64,000 bases of DNA. Source: Octopus sinensis. Lineage: Eukaryota. The translations under genes were made by a program, and so were the position numbers. The notes below the pieces were generated by a model that saw only the letters and a program-made list of their open reading frames with translations, did no database searches and was not told where the DNA came from. This document shows, one piece after another, positions 54,990 to 64,000 of the stretch. Numbering within the stretch: the first letter of the stretch is position 1; each line of letters opens with the position of its first letter. The stretch covers positions 48,236,001-48,300,000 of the forward strand of contig NC_043004.1 of NCBI RefSeq assembly GCF_006345805.1, given 5' to 3'.

Positions 54990-57032
54990 AAAATAAACAC
55001 AGCACCTGAACAACTCTAAACTCCTATAATAACTGAAGAGTTTACCCAGGCACTGTAAAAATTAAGCAACTGGAAGGCATCCGGGCACGACAAGATCCCC
55101 CGACTTCTGGTATCCAACAGAAAAGCATAGAATGCTGGCTGAGAAATTTAATGAAATATTAGCAGAGCCAGAGACAATGCCTGAATGGCTTATGGAAGGG
55201 ATAATTATCCTAATTCTCAAATCCACTGAAATAGCAAACCCACAAAATTACGGACCGATAACTTGTCTCGCTACAATTTACAAAGCCTTTAATGCAAAAA
55301 TATCGTAATGAATGGGCAAACATCTGGAAGAAAACAACCTGTTTTTAGAAGAGCAGAAGGGATGCTGCAATAGCACATACGGCTGTAAAGATCAGCTACT
55401 GATCAATAAAGCCATAACTGAAGACAGTCGCAGAAAGAAGAAGGGTCTAAGTATGGCTTGGATCGATTATCGAAACGCTTTTGATAGTATTCCCCACACA
55501 TAGATCCTAGAAACACTACCCATGAACAAGGTAGCGCCAATAATCATAAAATATATAAAACATTCCATGAATGTTCCAGACAATCGAGGAACTCATAAAA
55601 ACCAAAGCCATCCCCATTAGAAGAGACACACTCTCTCCACTCCTTTTCTGCTTGGCACTGACACATTTATCTGACATGCTAAACGGAACTGGATGTGGAT
55701 ATAAAATGTTACGGCAAAACAATTGACCATCTCTTGTATATGGGTGATCTAATACAGTATGCTACAAATGATAAACAACAGGAATCATTACTGCAGACTC
55801 TACATGGATTTACCAAAGAAATAAACATGAAATTTGGCTTAGAAAAAATGTGCCAAAGCAACCTTGAAAAGAAGAAAACTAGTTAAGAGTAACAACACCA
55901 CATTAGATAAAGCAAATAAAATAAGAGAATTAGACCAAAGCCAGACATACAAATACTAAGGAATCAATGAACTAGATATGATACAATGCACACAAACGAA
56001 AGAGATGATAAGAAAGGAATATTATAGACGAGTTAGATTGCTACTGAAAACAGAGCTCAATGCGAAAAGCAAGATAATGTCAACACTCTAGCTGTCCCAG
56101 TTATAAGTTACAGTTACAATATTTTTAACTAGACTCTAAATGAACTAATCAAAATAGACAGGAAGACAAGCAAAATAATGACAGGATGTAGAATGTACTA
56201 CTCAAAATCTTACATAGGAAGGCTATAAATACAACGTATCGAAGGTTGTAGTGATCTTATACAGCTAGAAAATTATTACAGAATAAGCACCATAGGACTA
56301 CAGAAATACCTATTTCAGAAGCAGGGAAAACTAATACAAATAGCCCCAAAATACGACAAAAAAACTGTTTAATGAACAGTTCTTTAAGGAAGCTGACAAA
56401 TACAGAAAAGAAGTCATAGTACCTAACAACTATGATGAAAAAGAAGAAACAAAAACAGATGTAAAACAACTGAAATCCGGACGGAAACTGGAACAGCAAC
56501 TTATCATGATAAAGCGATGGCAAGAAAAGCCACTCCATGGCAAATACTGGGTTAAACTAAACAGAAAAGAAATAGGCAAAGCAAAATCCCCAAAATGGCT
56601 GAGAAGCTCAGGACTCAAAGCAGAGACTGAAAGGATTTTTAATTGCAGCACGAAATCAAAGCCTTCTCACCAGAAATTACCAAAGACATGTAATGAAAAG
56701 AAATACAAGTAACTGCAGGATATGTGGATATGGAGAAGAAACAATAAGTCATATTGTTTCTGGTTGCCCAGCCCTGGCTAAGAAAGAATATATTCAGACA
56801 CGAAAGAGTTGGGATCTACATACACTGGAAACTATGCCAACACTTTGGAATAACAACAGAAAAATGATGGTATAGGCACACGCCGGAAAATGTTGCAGTA
56901 AATGAGAAAGCAACTACTCCCAGGGATATGTCAATGCACACAGGTAGAGAAATTAAGGCCAATAGGCCGGATATAGCTGTCAGGGATCACCAAGGAAAAA
57001 ATAAGCTTTCTAATCGATGTATCAATACCATC
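54990..57032 (+). mobile_element. R4/Dong-clade non-LTR retrotransposon (RT, CCHC, RLE), truncated and decayed
   Basis: Motifs across broken frames: NWKASGHD, EEQKGC, GCKDQLLINKAI, AWIDYRNAFDSIPH, LSPLLFCLAL, HLLYMGDL, KPLHGKY, CRICGYGEETISHIVSGC, NRPDI and IDV. Flanked by (TAA)n-type tracts. Confidence 0.9.
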
Positions 57033-57066
57033 TTTTCCATCTGTTAAGTGTATATGACTACTACTA

Positions 57067-57190
<124 letters not shown>

Positions 57191-58089
57191 CTACACAATT
57201 TGCTATCAAGATGGAGATGGCGTTGTTGCAAGATATGATAGTTATATAATTGTGCAGGTTTCGATTTTAGCCTTTAGTTTATGTTGTTTTATCATCACTT
57301 GGGACAGTAGTAATGGCACAGGCAGGCTGGTATGATAAAGAAGTTAGCTGTGCAATCACATCACATTGTGGAATTCCTGGAATGTTTGACATTTTCTACT
57401 GGTAATGAATCCAGGACGGTGGGTTGGTGGAACTGCTAGAAGGTTGGGCGAGATGCCTTGCGATATTTGTTTCGATTCTTTGCGTTCTGATGAAAGCAAC
57501 ATTTGTGATAAAAACTGATGCCAAACTGTATTGGTTCAAGTCGGTGGTCTTCTTTTTCTGAGAATAAATATTGGTATCGCGGAGAAGGTAAACTTTCGTG
57601 TATGGATGACTGTCAGTCTTCTTACAAAAAAAAAAAAAATCTTGCCCAGTCCCGCGCATCACATTACTTAATAATCGTTGATGATTGATTTTCGTCCCCG
57701 TAACCTGGCGCTTCGGCAAAAGAGTCCGGTAGAATAAGTACCAGACTTAAAAAAAGAACAAAAATTATGTACTGGAGTCGATTTGTTGAACCGAAAGCAC
57801 TTCAAGGCGGTGCTCCAGCAGGGCCGCAAATTCAATTATTGAAACAAGTAAAAGATAAAAGATAAAAGATAAAAGATGCATGTGCAATTGAGTGGTAAAT
57901 CTTGACCAAGGATTATTTTGAAGTTGTCTCCTTCTTAGAATAACTCCTAGGGCTTAAATTCACGCCTCACTTTAGATAAGACTCCTACATTAAGACTGTT
58001 GCTAGACTGACAGCGTCTAAAATAATGGGAGCGATCTACCGTTGCCAAAACAACAACAACAACAAAAAAAGGTCCTGGCATGCGAAGCT

Positions 58090-58330
58090 GTAGTGTATCT
58101 GTATAAATCACCAAAAGAAAGTGGGTGAAGGTGTGTTTGGGGTGTGTGTGAAAACTGCTCCCACATCTTGGCTAGTTCCTTCAAACATGCACTGACTACT
58201 CTTGACAGATACAGAACTGATTGTGTACTCTGTTGGTGATCAGATCCTTTTATTTCTTCAACTGCTCTATCATCGATGTGATGCACGTCCGGTCCTTCTC
58301 CTACTGTTAATTCTATGGAAGGTCTTCAAA
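58090..58330 (-). mobile_element. Possible pogo/Tigger-like transposase C-terminal relic
   Basis: LKELAKMWEQFSHTPQTHLHP resembles the Tigger C-terminal pattern KEML..WE.....EK.HP (from memory). Confidence 0.35.
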
Positions 58331-58763
58331 CAAGTTTCATTTCCTTGTTCTGCTTTTTCAAGAAATCCTCATCAGCATTCATTTGCCAAATTTAACTATT
58401 TTGTATACGTGCTTCTTTGTTGTCTTCAAGGACGTGCAAGTTTCATGCTCAAAGTTGTTTTCCCCCCACTAGAATAATAGAATTATAGGATAAAGTGTTC
58501 CTTGTTTTTCCTCCAGAACATGTCTTTGATCTTTTAGATTCAGGGTTAACAAGTTCCTTGCTTAATGTTTGCGTTTTCCTTTGTTTTAATATTCTTTTTT
58601 TTTAACTATGTTATTCTATTTCGGTTCTTATCGTCATCTCGTTTATCGAATTTTATTGCTGTCACTTCTTTTATAAGTTATTTTGTTGCTATATCACTGC
58701 ATTTCATTTAAATCTTTTATCAATAATTTCATTGCCATCTTTTATTTGCTCTCTTAAATATAA

Positions 58764-58794
<31 letters not shown>

Positions 58795-59234
58795 GGAGAG
58801 AGAAAGGAGAAAGTAAGAGAGATTGCTTTGTGACATTCATACCGTTCCTTCTTTCTCCTAACCCTTTGCCTAGAACTAACATACAAGTCTTGGTAAGACG
58901 ATTTCGAGTACAGAAAAAAAATCATACTTTATTCTGGATGCGACATCCTTGTAAGCACGTCATCTCTCATAATCTTGAATTAACTCAAGTCTTATCGGTG
59001 AAGTTGGGTTCATGGGAACTGCGTGGAAACTCGTTCGTTGAATTGTACATGTTCTCAGGTGGCAAACTTAATTCATCTCCTGGTTTCACATTAGCATCTG
59101 GCCCTTGGGCGACTTTAACAGAGTTCTCATTCTTGTAAGCATTCTGAATAAGCTTCCGGTCTGAAGATAACTTCCGCATTTTCTTCAAAGAATTTCAGAA
59201 GCTCCGAAAAAATACAATGGATACCGAGTAAACC

Positions 59235-59281
<47 letters not shown>

Positions 59282-59285
59282 CAAC

Positions 59286-59332
59286 AAAACCTGTTACTCT
59301 GAGTTTCACGTTCCCGTTCGTCGGACAGTTTT
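59286..59332 (-). ncRNA. Minimal hammerhead motif (core CCGACGA) forming almost all of a 60-bp island between two (TA)n tracts
   Basis: CUGU-CCGACGA-ACG(GGAA)CGU-GAAA-CUC-A-GAG-UA-ACAG. Confidence 0.75.
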
Positions 59333-59339
59333 TGCTAGA

Positions 59340-59384
<45 letters not shown>

Positions 59385-59424
59385 AACTCTTTTGTAAAAC
59401 TGTGTTCTTAGATAAGGTATGATA

Positions 59425-59747
59425 TATCGATTAGTTCTGGAAATATGCTGTTACATATCGATTAGTTCTGGTAAGAGAAAAGAAGGTATCGATCACTTGT
59501 GGAAGTAGACGGGGGTTTATCAATCAGTTCTCATTATAGACTGTTATGTATCGATAAGTTCTGGTAACAGGTTGGACTGAATCGATCAGTTGTAGTTATG
59601 GACAGGGGTGTGTGTATCGATTAGTTCTGGTAATAAGTTGTATTGTATCGTTCACTTATAGTAATCGGTTAAGATGTATCGATCTGTTCTGCTAATTGGC
59701 TAGGATGTATCGATCTGTTCTGGTAATAGGTATAATATATCACTCAG
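59425..59747. repeat. 31-bp-period minisatellite with conserved TATCGATYAGTTCTGGTAA core and variable 12-bp linkers
   Basis: Cores start at 59425, 59456, 59487, 59518, 59549, 59580, 59615, 59646, 59677 and 59708, with a degenerate one at 59738. Confidence 0.9.
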
Positions 59748-60023
59748 ACCTACAGACATTTCGTTTAGTCTGAATTGCAATGGCAATGTTGGCCACTTGT
59801 CTTTAGATTGCATATTTTAAAATATATCAATGTGTTTGTTTATCGCAGGTTCTCTATCTCCATAAGATTTAAAGTGATTAAATGTTTGAGTTTCGTATAC
59901 GGAGATTTCGAATTAACAGTTTAGCAGAGTCTTATTAAAGTCTGTTCATGTCACCAAACCTGGATAATAATAATAATAATAATAAAAATGATGATGATGA
60001 TGACGACGATGATGATGATAATA

Positions 60024-60583
60024 AATGCCCTGATGCAGTATCTGGCAGTAGTTCTCATGGCTTCTGATCATCACTGATTTGAAGTGTCATCATGTACATG
60101 TTTCGCCTTGGTGTAAAATGTCGACTACAGCAAATATTCTGGTCAGTACCACAGATTCGCTTGTCAGTTATTTGACTATAACCAGTTGAGCATGTCCCTT
60201 GGTGGCTGGCATAATGTGCATCACTAATCACGAGCAGAAATAGTGGGGGTGGGGGAGCAACATAGCCATGTGTTGATAGGAATTATTTGGAGTTTGAATA
60301 ATTCACCTCTGTGAACACGTGTTTCATTCCACATCTTTAAACAAGCCTTATTCAGGGACCTTTTGAGCGGGATGGGCTACTCAACCTGAAGAAAATTCTT
60401 ACTGGATCCCACCCGCAAGGTCATGCGCTGTTTATGTTGATATAAGATCACTATGTCGTACACATATGGTTGTGATACACGTGCCTGGTGTACCCTTATC
60501 AGACGGGTAGTCATCATGGGTATATTCGGCTATATTTGTACCCCAGTGTCACTTTGATGGCATGCACTGCTCTCTCACTCAAT
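60024..60583. repeat. ~560-bp dispersed repeat embedded in (TAA)n; a second, deleted copy at ~61866-62279
   Basis: Both copies share ccctgatgc...ctcatggcttctgatc...accagttgagcatgtcccttggtggctg...ctctctcactcaa in the same orientation. No coding signal. Confidence 0.8.
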
Positions 60584-60606
60584 AATAATAGTAATAATAA
60601 TAATAA

Positions 60607-61853
60607 TTCATTCTTTTATTGTCCACAAGGGCTAATATAAAGATATATTAAAGGACATGAAACAAACATAAACGACAACACAAGACGATACAATGGATTT
60701 TCAAATCATGTACAGTAAATAACATGAAAATTAAACAAAAACAATATCCCAATAGGGGGAGGCGCTTTAAGGTCCTCGTAGAAAAACCCACAAAATCCAC
60801 GGGTGCCTGATCAACAGGGAAAGAGCCCTTCCTTCATTTCTTCACGAGTGTACGCTCAGAATCGATCCTTTCACACTGATAATTCTTCAAACATTCACCC
60901 ACCTTTTAATAAACTTGCTACAAGACAACACTTCCTTCTCCACCCTCAACTTCCTTTGTAAGTGTAACTTGAAAAAGTCGATGAGGGCTTGGCCAAAGAG
61001 GAAAGTGTCTGACTTTAGCCCTTTCAAACGAGTCCACCATACTACCTCTTTCGCTACAGCCACCAGACAAATAAAAATTGCCTGCCCCTCCTGGCCAAAG
61101 GAGGGCAGCGGGGCAATCTTCACTGGGGATTCAGCTGATTGCCGGATCCGTCCCACACGCGACAGCAGGTGTTCGACATAAACTCACAGGTCAGCAATGC
61201 TCGGGCACTGGACGAGTGCGTGCAGAACGGTTTCGTCGCTTTGCGCACACCTTGAGCAGGCCCGGCTGATGGCACTTCCGTGCCTGTAAAGCTTATCCGA
61301 AACGGACAACGTCCCTCGGTAGCACTGCCAGACAATGGATTTCTGGAAATTGTTCATAGGCCCAGGCCCGAAAGTTCTCCGAAAGAGACCGGCGTGTTTA
61401 TCTTCCTCGACGCCCAGAGTTTCCCCAAGAACGTCGTCGCACTTTCCCTCCACTAGCCCTCTATAGAACGCTAAAGTGAAATTACTACCGACTGCATTGC
61501 TCGCCTGGCGGAGGGCTGTGAGCGTTTGACGGCACTCTAGGTGCCAAGCGCCCTCCTCGGTCTACGCCTAATCCAGGTTTACAGCTCAGTCAAAGAGACG
61601 AGCTGTAGAAAAGTGAGTCGGACAAACAGCGACTACACCTGCTCACCGTAAAGGAAACGCTTGAGATGCTGTAGCTTGAGCGCATGTCTGCGCATCAGCA
61701 ACCACAGCATGTCCGGCCCTCCATTCAGCGGCTGTTGACAGCACATGGAGGCCCTGACCTGTAGAAGGCACCCCTTCCACAGAAAGCAGACGAGTAAGTG
61801 CACCAGCTTGGTCAACCAGCAAACGGTGCAAGCGGCAATAGATGACGGATGCG
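60607..61853 (-). mobile_element. Tx1/L1-like LINE 3' portion, 5'-truncated and decayed
   Basis: CQQPLNGG..M, WQCYRGTLSV and CSRCAQSDETVLHALVQC (zf-RVT-type). The 3' UTR ends in AATAAA plus (TTA)n. Confidence 0.8.
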
Positions 61854-62302
61854 AATAATAATATATACCCTGATGCTATACCAAGTACTGGCTCTCATGG
61901 CTTCTGATCTTAACTGAATGGAAGTGGTATCATATACATGTTTTGTCGTGGTGTAAAAGATAGGCTACAGCAAATGTTCTGCTCAATACCACAAATTTAC
62001 TTGTCAGTTGTTTGACTTTAACCAGTTGAGCATGTCCCTTGGTGGCTGAGGCTGATCACGAGCAGAAGTAGTGGGGGCGCATCGTAGTTATGTAATGAGA
62101 GGAATTCTTTGGGGCTTGAATAACTCACTTCTGTAAACATAGGCATTTTATTCATCATCTATAAATAAATCGTATTGAAGGACCTGTTGAGCGGAATGGG
62201 ATAGTCATGATGGGTATATTGGGCTTCGTATATTTGTACCCCAGTATCCTTTGATGGCATGCGCTGCTCTCTCACTCAACAACAGCAGCAGCAGCAGTAG
62301 CA

Positions 62303-62390
<88 letters not shown>

Positions 62391-62394
62391 AAGC

Positions 62395-62691
62395 AAAAGA
62401 ATACTAAATCGTGAAAATTCATATTTTAAAATATAATTATCAAATACGTCTTTAAAACGGTTTGAGAATTTGAATCGAATATACAGGCAACTACCCGTAC
62501 TTAAAGAGTTAATCGCGTATTTGAGGGAATAACAGATAATAGAAAACTTGAAGAACTTGCCGGTAATATACAAAAGAGATATTCAGAGAGCATAGAGTTT
62601 AGATACACGTGATATATTACTGCTGGTGAATGAAGTTAGAATCATAGAAAAAGAACTAAGTTTCTGGTGAGTCGTGAGACGAACTAAAATT
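62395..62691 (+). mobile_element. Decayed PLE 3' end with a degenerate hammerhead motif at 62659-62691
   Basis: ILNRENSYFK...LN resembles a GIY-YIG C-terminus. Motif reads AGUUU-CUGGUGA-GUC(GUGA)GAC-GAA-CUA-AAAUU. Confidence 0.45.
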
Positions 62692-63248
62692 AAGAATGTA
62701 AATGGTGAACTTTATGTTTATTAATATGGAAACCTGTTCAACTGAATCTATTTTAGATAGAAAGTGGAAACATTAAAATAGATGATTCGTGAACATTAAG
62801 GAGGAAACAAAACTATATTTTCAATGATGTTTGGTTCTGGCAGACATCACTAGAATTATTGGAATTCCGTGTGGAATTATATAGAACCCGATAAAAGCTG
62901 ATATAAGTTATTTGAAGCTGGCAATTGTTCTCTATTGGTCTGGGGAAATCTTGGTTCGGGATTCTGGCTGGAGATTGCTGCATTATTTTAGAAAATGGCG
63001 AATCTTATTTGCATTATAGGCAGGTAAGGTGAGTGTTTGAGCGTGTTTGTATATATATTCGTAATATATAGACAAATCTACACACACTTATACATACATA
63101 TATATATGTGTAATGTATATATATGTGTGTGTGTGTAATGTATATGTATATATATGTATATATATATATATATATAAATATATATATATATATTTATATA
63201 TATATATATATTATATATATATATATATATATACATTACACACACACC

Positions 63249-63506
63249 GCGTGGCTGTATGGTAACAGCTTGCTTCACAACCACAAGGTTCCCAGGTTCT
63301 GTCCCACTGTGTCACCTCGGGCAAGTCTCTCCTACCATAGGTAGACGGAGAGTGAAAGAAGCCTGTCGTATATATATATATATAGTGTAATAAATAAAAT
63401 ATATGCATACATACAAACATATATGTACGTACCTACATCTACATGTATATATACATGCATATATAAATATATATACGTAAGTACAGGACACCACAAAAAG
63501 ACGTAG

Positions 63507-63553
<47 letters not shown>

Positions 63554-63958
63554 GTATATATATATGAATATGCATGTATGTATGTATGTATGTATGTATG
63601 TATGTATGTATGTATGTATGTATGTATGTATGTATGTATGTATGTATGTATATATATGTATGTATGTATATATATGTATATATGTATGTATGTATGTATG
63701 TATGCATGTATGTATGTATGTATGTATGTGTGTTTTTGAGCTTGTGTTTGTTCAGCCACCACACCACCACCACCACCATCACTTGACAACCGCTGTTGGT
63801 GTGTTTTCATCCATTCAGCAGAAGAGACCGATAGGATAAGTACCAGGCTTAACAAAAAATTAAGTACTGGGGTCGATTCATTCGACTTAAGAGTCTTCAA
63901 GATGATGCCCCATTATGGCGGCATTCTTATGACTGTAATAAGTAAAAGATAAAAGATA
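63249..63958 (+). mobile_element. Diverged SINE family A copy containing an inverted pLTR-end fragment in its central microsatellite
   Basis: Family A-like head and tail. Segment 63390-63510 matches the reverse complement of ~26240-26350. Confidence 0.7.
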
Positions 63959-63959
63959 T

Positions 63960-64000
<41 letters not shown>

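Noticed and set aside
59425-59747. 31-bp array as a CRISPR locus
   Set aside because: Eukaryotic context, 12-bp linkers that are too short and partly related to each other, degenerate repeats and no cas genes.

Overview
AT-rich, microsatellite-dense eukaryotic DNA, with one 100-N assembly gap (51806-51905). The tRNA-derived SINE families and (TA)n/(CA)n load suggest an octopus/cephalopod genome (inference). There is one intact protein-coding gene: an intronless 642-aa ADAMTS/MIG-17-like protein (14817-16745, minus). Its zinc motif HExGHxxGxxHD is replaced by QLIGRSVGIPFD, and it has a signal peptide, a furin site, a Cys-rich domain, two PLAC/ShK-like modules and a GPI-like tail. CRE and NRF1-type motifs lie just upstream. 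A disabled intronless PLXDC (TEM7-family) copy lies divergently at 23480-24375. The rest is mostly transposon debris: mariner, Tc1, pogo-like, a Merlin-like MITE, Helitrons, CR1/L2-like, R4/Dong, Tx1/L1-like, RTE and Penelope-like (PLE) elements, plus three SINE families. Notable non-coding structure: about nine hammerhead-ribozyme motifs, several in fold-back cassettes within (TA)n tracts; a four-copy array of a perfect 47-bp-stem palindrome; two LINE-SINE shared 3' tails; and a phased 31-bp TATCGAT array. All calls are from visual inspection, with no database searches.
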